33,212 nucleotides of DNA, taken from a virus (taxonomy: Duplodnaviria > Caudoviricetes). The notes beneath the pieces are model-generated. The model was not told the origin of the DNA and searched no databases. It saw only the letters and a list, made by a program, of their open reading frames with translations. The translations under genes were made by a program, and so were the position numbers. The DNA is taken from positions 1 to 33,212 of IMG/VR virus record IMGVR_UViG_3300027690_000133, one strand, 5' to 3'. Within the stretch, counting starts at the first letter, position 1. Each line of letters opens with the position of its first letter. Below, one piece after another: positions 1 through 9,019 of the stretch.

Positions 1-183
1 ATGGCGTTCACCAAGAAAGGAAAAAAGTATCTGGAATTCCGCAGAGCCCTGTTGCCGGAGCAAGAAGCTTTCCATACAATGCTGGGGATCAAACCATGCA
101 AGGACATACGTCCTGAAGACTCCGGACACCTCGACCCGAAAGAGGCGTCAAAACGGATTGATGAAGCTTTGAAGTGGCTGTAA
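1..183 (+). CDS. Hypothetical protein (may be 5'-truncated by the window)
   Basis: 60-aa ORF, co-oriented with the neighbouring small ORFs. Confidence 0.5.
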   Translation: MAFTKKGKKYLEFRRALLPEQEAFHTMLGIKPCKDIRPEDSGHLDPKEASKRIDEALKWL

Positions 184-275
184 ACGACACTGCGCAGAGA
201 TTATGGCCCCTGTTGAAAAAGCAACATTGCTGACTGGGAATTGGTGACCCTGGACCTGTAGAGATAGGAAAAATC

Positions 276-485
276 ATGAATAAACAACCGAAATCATCAC
301 TCAGCTCGGCATCCATACGGGAAATCACCAGAGAACTGAAGATATCCTGCATCGACGACGTCATAGATATGGATTTTCCCGATATCGGTGAGGACAAAGA
401 ATATCTAGCATGGCGAGAGAAAGTCAGGGCGCTGAAACTAATATTAGGTAGCCACAGTGAAGTAGAAGCATACATCGATCGGTGA
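276..485 (+). CDS. Hypothetical protein, weak resemblance to an antitoxin N-terminal segment
   Basis: AGGA upstream of ATG; segment IDDVIDMDFPDIGEDKEYLAWREK. Confidence 0.5.
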   Translation: MNKQPKSSLSSASIREITRELKISCIDDVIDMDFPDIGEDKEYLAWREKVRALKLILGSHSEVEAYIDR

Positions 486-618
486 ACAAATAATCGCGGC
501 ACTCAAAGATGCTATTCGTTACGAAAAGGGCGAAGAGGTAAAAGGATTGCGGGTTAGAAAGATCACTGTCGATCCTGATAATACTAAAACCAGCAAGAGC
601 ACGAAGAAGAATAAATAA
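457..618 (+). pseudogene. HigA-2/XRE-antitoxin N-terminal-like fragment with in-frame TAG at codon 3
   Basis: GTG AAG TAG then KHTSIGEQIIAALKDAIRYEKGEEVKGLRVRKITVDP...TAA(616-618); resembles the N-terminal helix of HigA-2-type antitoxins; no HTH follows. Confidence 0.35.
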
Positions 619-655
619 AACCCATCTCACAGTTCGATCAACCGGAGAACGAGTC

Positions 656-856
656 ATGAATGAGAAGCTCACCATTCAGGAAAGAGAGATACTCCATAGC
701 GATTTCCCCGATGACGGCGTTGAATACGACCGAGCGACGATTGAGAAGTTTTCACCTGATGTACGATCAGTTCGTCTGGCAACTGGCAGATACTATACGC
801 CGGCCGAGATGCGGGAGCGAGCGAAGAAGGCCTTTTCAGTAAAATTGTACAAATGA
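656..856 (+). CDS. Hypothetical protein
   Basis: GGAG SD; 66 aa; motif SVRLATGRYYT. Confidence 0.65.
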   Translation: MNEKLTIQEREILHSDFPDDGVEYDRATIEKFSPDVRSVRLATGRYYTPAEMRERAKKAFSVKLYK

Positions 857-1093
857 ATTAATGTACTACTTAAAAGAATATCAATCGGTTACATATATAG
901 AAAAGAAGATGGCCCAAACCCTATACTCTTACCGGGATACGATGCAAGGTGACGAAACCCCGCATCAGAGTTATTGATACATTTCTGAGGCTCGGCACCA
1001 TTGCTGCGATTGCTAAGAAATAAAAGATATGCACGTCAACCGCTGGACGAGCCGATAGCGAGGCCGGTAGTTTTAAATTTAAAGGTGAAGCCT

Positions 1094-1252
1094 ATGCAAT
1101 CATTCGATGACGTTCTTGCCGAAATGATGAAAGACCCCAAATTCCGGGTGGCCTATGAGAAGGAACGCAAGAAAACCCGGAGCCTCATCGAAAAGGCAGT
1201 GAAAAAACAGGAGCGAGCCAAACAGAAATGCAATGATCTTGGCATAATTTAG
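1094..1252 (+). CDS. Small protein resembling the N-terminal (non-HTH) part of HigA/XRE antitoxins
   Basis: AAGGTG SD before ATG 1094; MQSFDDVLAEMMKDPKFRVAYEKE matches the FDD.L.E..KDP.F...YE pattern; no HTH. Confidence 0.55.
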   Translation: MQSFDDVLAEMMKDPKFRVAYEKERKKTRSLIEKAVKKQERAKQKCNDLGII

Positions 1253-1327
1253 ATATTGTGCCGGAGATGAAATTACAACTATACAGTTTGTCGATTTTGT
1301 TCACCACATACAATCCCATCCGCTGTA

Positions 1328-1558
1328 TTATTTCACATAAAGATGATCAGGATTTATACACCGCTTATTCCCGCATTCATGAAAGACTCTCTTCCCTTTC
1401 GGGATTTCTCCATAAGCTATCGAATATGCTAAACGATGCGCATAGTGCTGGCCTGTTATCCTTTTAACAGATATATAACCATTCGCATTGGTTTCATGTG
1501 ACGTTATCAACCAGCATTGAGTTCTTGGATCGACTTCATAATCAAAAGATCTGGGCAT
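1328..1558 (-). CDS. HNH endonuclease (phage HNH_3 type)
   Basis: CW...NGY...YAHRLAY....GEIPKG..V.H.CGNKRCINPDHL motif; GGGAG SD. Confidence 0.85.
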   Translation of the reverse strand: MPRSFDYEVDPRTQCWLITSHETNANGYISVKRITGQHYAHRLAYSIAYGEIPKGKRVFHECGNKRCINPDHLYVK

Positions 1559-1775
1559 ATCATTCTCCCTTAAATAGTGATTGTAATTACAGCCTGTGCC
1601 GTTGATCTATAATTTTACCATAAGTTACTTCACCTACGCGGTACAGTTCTATTACCACCAGATGAAATGACAAGGGCTTACTAATATCATCCCCGAATAC
1701 ATTTTAACTGCTCAGAAATGCTTGACATGGCACTGCAGTTTGAACGGATGGTCATAGATGGTTAGAGGAGGATTT

Positions 1776-1943
1776 ATGACCATCGAAGACCGGAAATTAA
1801 TTGACAATGAATTCCATAATGCTACTATTAATGAGCTCGAGTTTGACAAAGATCTGATTGTTCCTCAGTTACTAGAATTCGCAGCCGTCTATGAGAAACG
1901 AATCAAAATCATAGAGGAGCGCCAAAAATGCAATCTTCATTAG
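1776..1943 (+). CDS. Small hypothetical protein overlapping the integrase start
   Basis: AGGAGG SD before ATG 1776; overlaps the recombinase 5' end. Confidence 0.65.
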   Translation: MTIEDRKLIDNEFHNATINELEFDKDLIVPQLLEFAAVYEKRIKIIEERQKCNLH

Positions 1944-3532
1944 AAATCCAGATCGCCGAAAAGATTGAAACTGCCCGCAATCATAAGACAAAGAACCTTG
2001 CCTTCGCCTATGCTCGTATCTCATCCAAGAAGCAGGAAGATGGAAATAGTAAAGCAGCCCAGATCAAAGGAATAAATACGTATGCCCAGCGTAACAACCT
2101 GTATATAATTCACCTGTTTGCAACCACTGAGTCGGCCTGGTCTCCAGGGCGAATTGATTTCAATCTAATGATCCGCCTTGCAAAAAAGCACAACATTAAA
2201 CATCTTATTTTTAAAAACCATGACCGTATATCCCGTAATGATGAGGATTGGCTTACAGTTGACAAAATGATAAAGCAGGAAGTCCAGTTCCACCTGTATG
2301 AGTTCAACAAGATTCTCGACAGCACCCGATCAGCGGAAGAGAAATTCGGTGACAAGGTTACATCAGGACTCAATGAGTATTGGTCCGATAAAATCTCTCA
2401 AGGTGTTCGCCGGGGTTACAATGAAAAGGCATTTGACAGGCGTGTGGCCCACAAGGCCCCTCTCGGTTATGAGTGGGAAGCTTCCCTTAAGAACTGGATA
2501 ATCGATCCTGAAAAGATGGCCGTTGTAAAATATATGTTTGAGCTTTATGATTCATCAGGCAACACCCTTCAGGAAATAGCTGATCTCTTGAATGCTCATG
2601 GATATACCACTGTAAGGGATGCTGAGTTTACCAAGTCACGAGTTCATCAAATACTTCACAATAGATTCTACACAGGATGGTTTCAGTATAAAAATGAATG
2701 GATAAAAGGGACTCATGAGCCGGTCATCTCTGATGATCTGTTCCAAGAGCGCATCTCACGGATGGATGATAGATATAACGGAAACCGAAAATCAGAAACA
2801 ACATACAATCTGTCTAAATACGTCCGGTGTTCCCATTGCGGAATGATGTATACAGGCTACAAGGTTATTAAGTCTGATGTGTATTACAATCATCATTGTG
2901 AAGCATTGAATGGAAAATATAGGATAGTTAAAGAATCTGAGATAGTAACTGCCCTTGATGATTATATTGAGACTATTGTGTACAGCGACCAGTATTCAAT
3001 GTGGTTAAAGAAAACATTCAGCGAAATCATGAATGATAAGTCATCTGTAACTGAACGCGAGAGAGCAGAAAGTAACAAGAAGATCAGAGAGCTTCAGTCA
3101 TCAAAATCCAAACTGCTCGACATGTATCTCTCTGATGAATTCACCAAAGAAGAAATTGATAAGAAGGCTCATGAGATTAATACGCAGATTACAGTCCTTG
3201 AAGATCGCCTCGTCATCCTTAATAAGGATTTATCCAATCATTTTAATAAGGTGCTCGATATAGTGGATTATCTGAAGAACTTCACAAAGACCTTTCTTCT
3301 TGATTCTATTGATGGAAAGATGGAATTCCTGCGGGCAATGTCCTATGTCATGATATATGATGATGACAATAAAAAAGTGGCCGAAATCCAGTGGAAAAAG
3401 GCTTTCGCCTACCTGCTTGCCAGGGATTTCACCACTCAGATTCCGCCCACTTCTCTTGATTTGGTAAGTCCTTTTACGTACGCATGGAGGGATGATTTCC
3501 GAACTAATCTTGAACGGTGGATGTGTGCTTAA
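1928..3532 (+). CDS. Large serine recombinase (phage integrase)
   Basis: YARISS..Q catalytic motif, DRISRN, recombinase domain (PLGY...GTHEPVIS), zinc ribbon CSHCG...YYNHHC, C-terminal coiled coil; 534 aa. Confidence 0.95.
   Translation: MQSSLEIQIAEKIETARNHKTKNLAFAYARISSKKQEDGNSKAAQIKGINTYAQRNNLYIIHLFATTESAWSPGRIDFNLMIRLAKKHNIKHLIFKNHDRISRNDEDWLTVDKMIKQEVQFHLYEFNKILDSTRSAEEKFGDKVTSGLNEYWSDKISQGVRRGYNEKAFDRRVAHKAPLGYEWEASLKNWIIDPEKMAVVKYMFELYDSSGNTLQEIADLLNAHGYTTVRDAEFTKSRVHQILHNRFYTGWFQYKNEWIKGTHEPVISDDLFQERISRMDDRYNGNRKSETTYNLSKYVRCSHCGMMYTGYKVIKSDVYYNHHCEALNGKYRIVKESEIVTALDDYIETIVYSDQYSMWLKKTFSEIMNDKSSVTERERAESNKKIRELQSSKSKLLDMYLSDEFTKEEIDKKAHEINTQITVLEDRLVILNKDLSNHFNKVLDIVDYLKNFTKTFLLDSIDGKMEFLRAMSYVMIYDDDNKKVAEIQWKKAFAYLLARDFTTQIPPTSLDLVSPFTYAWRDDFRTNLERWMCA
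3478..3493 (-). other. Candidate att core: tRNA-Arg-like 3' fragment (AT CCCTC CATGCGT A C)
   Basis: Reads as end of T-loop + T-stem 3' strand + acceptor 3' strand + discriminator; lies inside the integrase C-terminus (YAWRD). Confidence 0.5.
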
Positions 3533-3770
3533 CGTGCTTTTTTCCGTTCTCACGGCTGGCCCGTTTCTTTGCCTCACTTGTGGATTTTCCACCTTTGCGG
3601 CCCAGGATTACGGCGGCCTCATTAAAAGATATTTTGTTTGATTTTTCAACCTCTTTTTTGAATGGGTAAATATTGCTTTCCAGACATTTTCGATAATATT
3701 CCCGCATCCAATCAGGAGTTGATTCGTTGTTAATGATTTTTTCAAGTTCCATTTTTTCTCTTGTTCTCAT
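3504..3770 (-). CDS. Small basic protein with KGG-type motif (putative nucleic-acid binding)
   Basis: AAVILGRKGGKSTSEAKKRASRENGKK; GGAGG SD. Confidence 0.7.
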   Translation of the reverse strand: MRTREKMELEKIINNESTPDWMREYYRKCLESNIYPFKKEVEKSNKISFNEAAVILGRKGGKSTSEAKKRASRENGKKHVKHTSTVQD

Positions 3771-3791
3771 TTCCTCCTCCTTGCCGGGACA

Positions 3792-4001
3792 TCACTCCCG
3801 TCCGTCGAATTTTATACCCATGCTATTATACCAATCACTCGAACTGCACCCGAAATGACTTTCCACCAACTCATCGTGACAATATTTTCTTTTAAACCTT
3901 TCAATCCTTTCATCTCGAATGTAATAGTATATTTTCCGTATGATAAATTGTAAAATAAAAATCAATGCTATAACCGATAGGACTAATATTTCAAGTTTCA
4001 T
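3792..4001 (-). CDS. Small membrane protein
   Basis: N-terminal hydrophobic helix; start overlaps the upstream stop. Confidence 0.65.
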   Translation of the reverse strand: MKLEILVLSVIALIFILQFIIRKIYYYIRDERIERFKRKYCHDELVESHFGCSSSDWYNSMGIKFDGRE

Positions 4002-4150
4002 TTGGCCCCCTCTATATATTTATCAATTATACGCTTTTCTTTTTTTGCATCGTTAAGATGCTTGATTATCTGTTCGTCTGTGTATACCGCCTTTAATTCG
4101 GGGAAAGCTTTATTGAATCTTTTAATTCTATCCACATCTGATTGTTTCAT
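3998..4150 (-). CDS. Hypothetical protein, 50 aa (MKQSDVDRIKRFNKAFPEL...)
   Basis: Translated by hand; GGAGG/AAGGA SD; first gene after promoter 4184-4212. Confidence 0.65.
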   Translation of the reverse strand: MKQSDVDRIKRFNKAFPELKAVYTDEQIIKHLNDAKKEKRIIDKYIEGAK

Positions 4151-4183
4151 TTCCTTTCCTCCGTTCCTTTTCTTTATGTATAT

Positions 4184-4212
4184 AATATACTAACCGCCTG
4201 GCTTTTTGTCAA
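4184..4212 (-). promoter_or_regulatory. Sigma70-type promoter TTGACA-N17-TATATT
   Basis: -35 at 4207-4212, -10 at 4184-4189, AT-rich UP region upstream. Confidence 0.75.
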
Positions 4213-4267
4213 GTCAAATATCAAATTTTTTTTAATTTTTTGGAAAAAAATCAATTATTTTTTGAGC

Positions 4268-4289
4268 AAAAAAAAGCCCCCGAAGGGGC
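4268..4289 (-). terminator. Intrinsic terminator ending the late operon
   Basis: GCCCC-TTCG-GGGGC followed by T8 on the - strand. Confidence 0.9.
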
Positions 4290-4316
4290 AAAGATGGAGG
4301 AGTTTGAATGATAGCG

Positions 4317-4457
4317 TTATTGATATGGCGGGGTTAAATTTCCGTTCTCGTCAATTATTCCGGCCTGTTGTAATTCCCGCCTAGCTTCATCTTTTGAGAG
4401 AGATTTTCCGTATTGTTTCAACTCTTCTATAAGTTTAATTTTATTTTCAGTGTTCAT
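4317..4457 (-). CDS. Hypothetical phage protein, 46 aa (…LQQAGIIDENGNLTPPYQ)
   Basis: Translated by hand; ATGA overlap with the upstream gene; ends just before the terminator. Confidence 0.65.
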   Translation of the reverse strand: MNTENKIKLIEELKQYGKSLSKDEARRELQQAGIIDENGNLTPPYQ

Positions 4458-4759
4458 TTTAGTAGTTTGTTCCTTATGATGGTATCACCGAGACCCACGG
4501 CCAGCGTGTCAATTATACGCTCCGCATTATCATTGGTGTCTATTTCCACTATACTGAGAGCCTCGATTATGCCGTGTAAAATCTCATGAATTAAGGACTT
4601 CAGGAGGCCGTCTTCGGTTTGATTTTTATATAGATGTATTTCGGCGTCCTCATAAATTATTTGTCCATATCTAGGCGTTGAGTCGCCCCACGTCCATTGA
4701 TCATGTAATATGATTTTATATTCACGGGACATTATGTTTAATTTTTTGGGTAGTATCAA
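4454..4759 (-). CDS. Small zincin-like metallopeptidase (HExxH)
   Basis: LIHEILHGI motif with downstream E..I..LA.GL. Confidence 0.75.
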   Translation of the reverse strand: MILPKKLNIMSREYKIILHDQWTWGDSTPRYGQIIYEDAEIHLYKNQTEDGLLKSLIHEILHGIIEALSIVEIDTNDNAERIIDTLAVGLGDTIIRNKLLK

Positions 4760-5652
4760 AATATTTCCCCGTCGCTTATTTCGTGATTATATGCCCTGAA
4801 ATTTCCATCCCTCGAAAAGTCAACAGTACAGAATCCCTGTGTCCATTGATTAAGAATAGCGTAGTCCATAGCCCCGGCACAGTATCCAAGTGAACCGGTC
4901 CAGAAAGTATGCCCTGAAATATTCTTGAAAGTCTTTTGCTGCTTGCGGTGAAAGTGTCCCACTATGAAATGGTCGTGAATATACTTCCACATTACATTAC
5001 AGACGTATTCAGGGTTATAGCTTCCCCCTGGTTTCTCGTGTCCGTGTAGCACCCACAATTTCCCAACGGCGAACGGCTCGGTTAAATATTGAATATTAAG
5101 CCCGGCAAGGTTTAACTTTACCGGCAACAGATCGGAAACAAGGTCATAAATCTGTGTTGCTGATTGACATATGTAATGTTCCAGCCGGTCCTCATGGTTC
5201 CCTGATTTATAAAGGATTTTAGCATCAGGGAAATTATGTCTCATTTCAGTTAAAAATTTTTTTGTTTCCTCAATCTCCGTGGACGTGCTTTTCTTTTGTG
5301 GATTTTTAACGAACCGGGAAATTTGATAGAAGTCTATTAAGTCGCCGTCAATTATTATTGTGGTTGGTTTATACTCTAGGCCGTATTCCATGATGGCATC
5401 AACACAGAGTTTGTCTTGAAATGGGATGTGAACGTCAGCAAGGATTAAAGCCCGTTCCCCGTCGGCCTCGAAGGTGTCAGGCGTGGCCCGTATTACGTCT
5501 TTATTTTCCAGTGCAAATATTAAGTCCTGGGCCTGGGCTTGCGGTATTTGTAAAGCGTCTTGAAGTTTTCCCCGTGATATGGATTCACCACGGCGGGAAA
5601 ATTCACGTTCAAGTGTTATCGTCCGAAACCATAAATTCTTGTCTATTTGCAA
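4756..5652 (-). CDS. Calcineurin-like metallophosphoesterase
   Basis: DVH, GDLID, GNHE, HGH and GHFH motifs in canonical order. Confidence 0.9.
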   Translation of the reverse strand: MQIDKNLWFRTITLEREFSRRGESISRGKLQDALQIPQAQAQDLIFALENKDVIRATPDTFEADGERALILADVHIPFQDKLCVDAIMEYGLEYKPTTIIIDGDLIDFYQISRFVKNPQKKSTSTEIEETKKFLTEMRHNFPDAKILYKSGNHEDRLEHYICQSATQIYDLVSDLLPVKLNLAGLNIQYLTEPFAVGKLWVLHGHEKPGGSYNPEYVCNVMWKYIHDHFIVGHFHRKQQKTFKNISGHTFWTGSLGYCAGAMDYAILNQWTQGFCTVDFSRDGNFRAYNHEISDGEIF

Positions 5653-5788
5653 ACGACGCCTCCACGTTGTAAGTTTTTCTGTCTCTAAATTCTTGCTTCT
5701 TGCCGGGGTTAAATTGAGAATAAGGGCGGAAAAATCCCACCACTCTGGACCAGACCTCGCAAGGAATTTTTATTTCTTTATCGCCCAC
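5609..5788 (-). CDS. Stand-alone NrdD C-terminal (glycyl-radical) domain peptide
   Basis: CEVWSRVVGFFRPYSQFNPGKKQEFRDRKTY matches the class III RNR C-terminal motif; likely GTG start at 5788 with GGGGGTG SD. Confidence 0.8.
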   Translation of the reverse strand: MGDKEIKIPCEVWSRVVGFFRPYSQFNPGKKQEFRDRKTYNVEASFANRQEFMVSDDNT

Positions 5789-6141
5789 AGTGTAGCACCC
5801 CCGATTATTATTCCAACCGCTCCGGCATATAGTACGTAATTCCAATTTTGTTTAGATGCTATTTTAAAACCCCGCTCGCTCTGCTTGTATCCGTCACTTG
5901 CCACGACATTAAGCCAATCTTTATTGACGGCTCCCTCTATTTCTATCGGGCTGTTATAGGCTTTTTGGAAATCCTCGCACGTTGTCGCAGTCCGTATGTA
6001 CTTATACTCAGTTTTAGTTTTTTCAACGATACGAATTTCCTGTGCCTTTCGGCTAAACACATACCCACCAAAAAAAAAACACGCAAGGCAACAAAGAAAA
6101 AGAATGAATAAGTTTGTTATGTGCTCTTTCATGTTTGACAT
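5770..6141 (-). CDS. Membrane-anchored protein, possibly spanin/Rz-like
   Basis: N- and C-terminal hydrophobic segments; located in the late operon. Confidence 0.55.
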   Translation of the reverse strand: MSNMKEHITNLFILFLCCLACFFFGGYVFSRKAQEIRIVEKTKTEYKYIRTATTCEDFQKAYNSPIEIEGAVNKDWLNVVASDGYKQSERGFKIASKQNWNYVLYAGAVGIIIGGATLWAIKK

Positions 6142-6174
6142 ACTAACGCCTGTTTGTTTGCTGTATAGATTTTT

Positions 6175-6516
6175 TTATGAAAAATCGTCACTTTTTATTT
6201 CTTTTCTGTCGGTGTCGTTGGGGAACGGTCCGACTGTAAATTGTTTGGTTCCTGTGCTTACCACTATATGAAAAACCCATCCCCCCGTACTCATAGTGGC
6301 GTCGGGCTGTGCCGTTACTTCAAGATATCCAGGCGTGCTCCCTGACGCGGCGGTATATGTGACGGTCCCGGTCCACGAGTCCGTGAGTCCATCGGTTTTA
6401 TTTTTCCCGTATATTGTGAATGTGTAAGAGGAAATATCTGTTGCATAATTTATTTTGAAATATAACAGCCTTATTCCGATGTCAGTATTAAAGCCATGCT
6501 CTTGTGTGTAGCTCAT
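6175..6516 (-). CDS. Virion accessory protein (Ig/BppU-like beta protein)
   Basis: Beta-rich, 113 aa; ends the fibre-like module. Confidence 0.5.
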   Translation of the reverse strand: MSYTQEHGFNTDIGIRLLYFKINYATDISSYTFTIYGKNKTDGLTDSWTGTVTYTAASGSTPGYLEVTAQPDATMSTGGWVFHIVVSTGTKQFTVGPFPNDTDRKEIKSDDFS

Positions 6517-7463
6517 AAGTCAACCTCCCCACAGTCGATGTAAGCATCAAGTGTAATAGTCCCGCAGTCGATATATTCAGATAATGTAATTTCCCCGCAT
6601 AACAAGTAAACATAAGCGATAATATTAGTAATGGTCCCGGCCATGCTTAAACCGGCGAGAGTGTGCGAACCTGAAACCTCGGCGGTGTTAAATGAAATTT
6701 GCAGCTCTCCGGATTGAGACAAACCAGGCAGAGCGTGAGAACCGGAAATATTGCATATTAAAGTCAAGTCTCCAGAATGGGTAAGGCCATCAAAATTATG
6801 TGATCCGCTGACCTCGTACGTCCCGGAAACGTCGATTTCTCCCGTCTGTGATAATCCTGGCAAGGTATGGGAGCCGGATAAATTATATATAATATCTATC
6901 GTTCCGGACTGTGATAAATTAGTGAGCGTGTGCGATCCGCTTATCTCGTTAAACTCAGCGGTATATAAATTCCCCGACATCGACATCGTTCCGAGGCTGT
7001 GAGAGCCGGAAAGATTGTAAATTATGTCAAGGTCTCCAGATTGAGAAAGGCCGGGAAGTGTATGCGATCCGCTTATAATTTGCGTAATATCAATTGTCCC
7101 TGACTGTGTCAGGTTGGTAAGACTATGATAGCCGGAAACGCTTATTGCTCCCGTAACGGTTCCTGAATGTGAAAGTCCTGGCAGGGTATGAGAGCCAGAA
7201 ATAACTTGTGTTATGTCAATGGTTCCGCTATGCGACAAACCAAGTAAAGTGTGTGATCCGCCGACGGTTTGCGTAATGTCCATTGTTCCGGTTTGTATTA
7301 AACTACCAAGCGTGTGTGATCCCGAAACCTCATTTCCACCGCTCGCCACATATTCATGGACAATTAACGGCTTTCCGTCTTTCCAGTATACCGTAACGGT
7401 GGTGCCGGAACTTAATATACGGACGGGTTTTCCGTCTTTAAACTTTATGTCACCGACTGACAT
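6513..7463 (-). CDS. Repeat-rich fibre-like virion protein
   Basis: 11 tandem 21-24 aa repeats, consensus xSGSHTLxGLSQSGxxDIxx. Confidence 0.75.
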   Translation of the reverse strand: MSVGDIKFKDGKPVRILSSGTTVTVYWKDGKPLIVHEYVASGGNEVSGSHTLGSLIQTGTMDITQTVGGSHTLLGLSHSGTIDITQVISGSHTLPGLSHSGTVTGAISVSGYHSLTNLTQSGTIDITQIISGSHTLPGLSQSGDLDIIYNLSGSHSLGTMSMSGNLYTAEFNEISGSHTLTNLSQSGTIDIIYNLSGSHTLPGLSQTGEIDVSGTYEVSGSHNFDGLTHSGDLTLICNISGSHALPGLSQSGELQISFNTAEVSGSHTLAGLSMAGTITNIIAYVYLLCGEITLSEYIDCGTITLDAYIDCGEVDL

Positions 7464-9019
7464 TAGCTTATAACTACCATTGGATCAATATATAATATGC
7501 CATCAGCATCATAAAACCCGGTCAATATTTCCAATTCTACGCAACCGGCGACTGCCAATTGAACCGTAACCTCAATATATTGACTCCAATCATCTGCCCC
7601 GGATCGGGCAGAAATAGTTTGCGTGGATTTAACGGTCCCATAATGATATTCACTAGTATCATCATAAGCGTCAACATACGTGGCTTTGACAAAAACCTCG
7701 GCTGCGGTAGTTGACAGAGCATTAGCCTGACAATAAAACCTATATGTATAACTTGACGTATCTGTCCAGATAAGTGTTTTAAAGGCCGACAACATAACTC
7801 CGTCAAAAATAGTGGACCTACTGTCAGATGATTGATTTTGCGTGATCGCCAGAACTATATCGGACCCGCCCGATCTTTTGTATGGATCACCTGATCCAGC
7901 AACTACGGGAACGCTGTACATAATTCCATTGACATTGAAGCAATAATGATTTCCTAAAACTTTTTGGTAATTTTCGATCATTATCTGACCACGATAAAAA
8001 ATACCATCAAGTATTTTATTTGTGCTTCCAAGTTTTACATTTTTCCAGTGTAGGTCATGAATACCCAGTCCCACGTCATACGTGTCATTTGTTGCCTCTA
8101 CGCCAATATTTACATTGTCGAGTTCCGAGTGACCGTTACCTGAATCTATACCCATTCCGCCCATGTTATAAATGGCAGAGTTAGACATTATAAGCCTGGT
8201 CCCACGAGCCAGGGCGATACCGTTCTGACTCGTCCCCGTTGAGTTTCCGTAAACAATGCATTGATCAACAAAGTTTATGGTTGATTCACTGGCACAATAC
8301 AAACAGTTGTTATTTTGATCTTGTTCGAATAGACAATACTTAAATTGAACATGTGAAGATGATCCAACATATACGGTCCCCGTACTCGTGCCACCGACAA
8401 AATGAATGCCCATCATTCTCCAGTGATACGGATCGTTGAACAACAAATAATAAGCAGTTGCTTCCATGTCTATTACCGGCAAATCGTCGGCGTCGGCGGT
8501 CCACGTTGATAACTTTATAGTCCATGTGGAATCATCTATGGCCTGTGCAATGTCATACAGTTCATCTTTCTCAATCGTACACGCCGCAGTTGCGGCAGTA
8601 GTTCCGGCATATTCTCTGTCAATGATAAAATCTGATCCAGAAATGTCTGTTATAATATACCATTTACCATCTGCATCATTTTTTATTTTACGGCCACAAT
8701 GTTGTTCTTTATCGGCAGTTATTCCAGACAGAGAGGAAACTGTTGTCGATCCGTTCGTAAAAGTTGCCGTAAAAGATAATTCTGCACGAGGCCAACACGA
8801 AAAATGAATCCAATTAATGCGCGTGCCATCAGAACCAGAGTTGATAACAATATTACTAGATGCCCCAGAAAAAGCCGAAACCCTTCTGACAAAAATATAA
8901 TCACCGGCATTAAAATGATTATACTCTAATGCCGTTTCTATGTTCTGCCATGCGTCATCCGTGGAGGTTCCGTTATTGCTCCCGGTTGCAAGTGTCGTGT
9001 CTACAAAATAATTAGCCAT
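7463..9019 (-). CDS. Parallel beta-helix (pectin-lyase-like) virion protein / putative depolymerase or receptor-binding protein
   Basis: N-terminal YFVD...G.NNGTS..DAW..I..A motif and N/G/C-rich beta-helix repeats. Confidence 0.65.
   Translation of the reverse strand: MANYFVDTTLATGSNNGTSTDDAWQNIETALEYNHFNAGDYIFVRRVSAFSGASSNIVINSGSDGTRINWIHFSCWPRAELSFTATFTNGSTTVSSLSGITADKEQHCGRKIKNDADGKWYIITDISGSDFIIDREYAGTTAATAACTIEKDELYDIAQAIDDSTWTIKLSTWTADADDLPVIDMEATAYYLLFNDPYHWRMMGIHFVGGTSTGTVYVGSSSHVQFKYCLFEQDQNNNCLYCASESTINFVDQCIVYGNSTGTSQNGIALARGTRLIMSNSAIYNMGGMGIDSGNGHSELDNVNIGVEATNDTYDVGLGIHDLHWKNVKLGSTNKILDGIFYRGQIMIENYQKVLGNHYCFNVNGIMYSVPVVAGSGDPYKRSGGSDIVLAITQNQSSDSRSTIFDGVMLSAFKTLIWTDTSSYTYRFYCQANALSTTAAEVFVKATYVDAYDDTSEYHYGTVKSTQTISARSGADDWSQYIEVTVQLAVAGCVELEILTGFYDADGILYIDPMVVIS

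Noticed and set aside
1722-1760. Promoter for the integrase operon at TTGACA 1722-1727
   Set aside because: No acceptable -10 hexamer at 16-18 bp spacing
6070-6079. A10 homopolymer as a phase-variation switch
   Set aside because: The ORF is in frame and the run simply encodes Phe residues of a TM helix; no evidence of variation
6513-7463. CRISPR array or DGR template/variable repeats
   Set aside because: Repeats are in-frame protein repeats with synonymous divergence; no spacers, cas genes or reverse transcriptase
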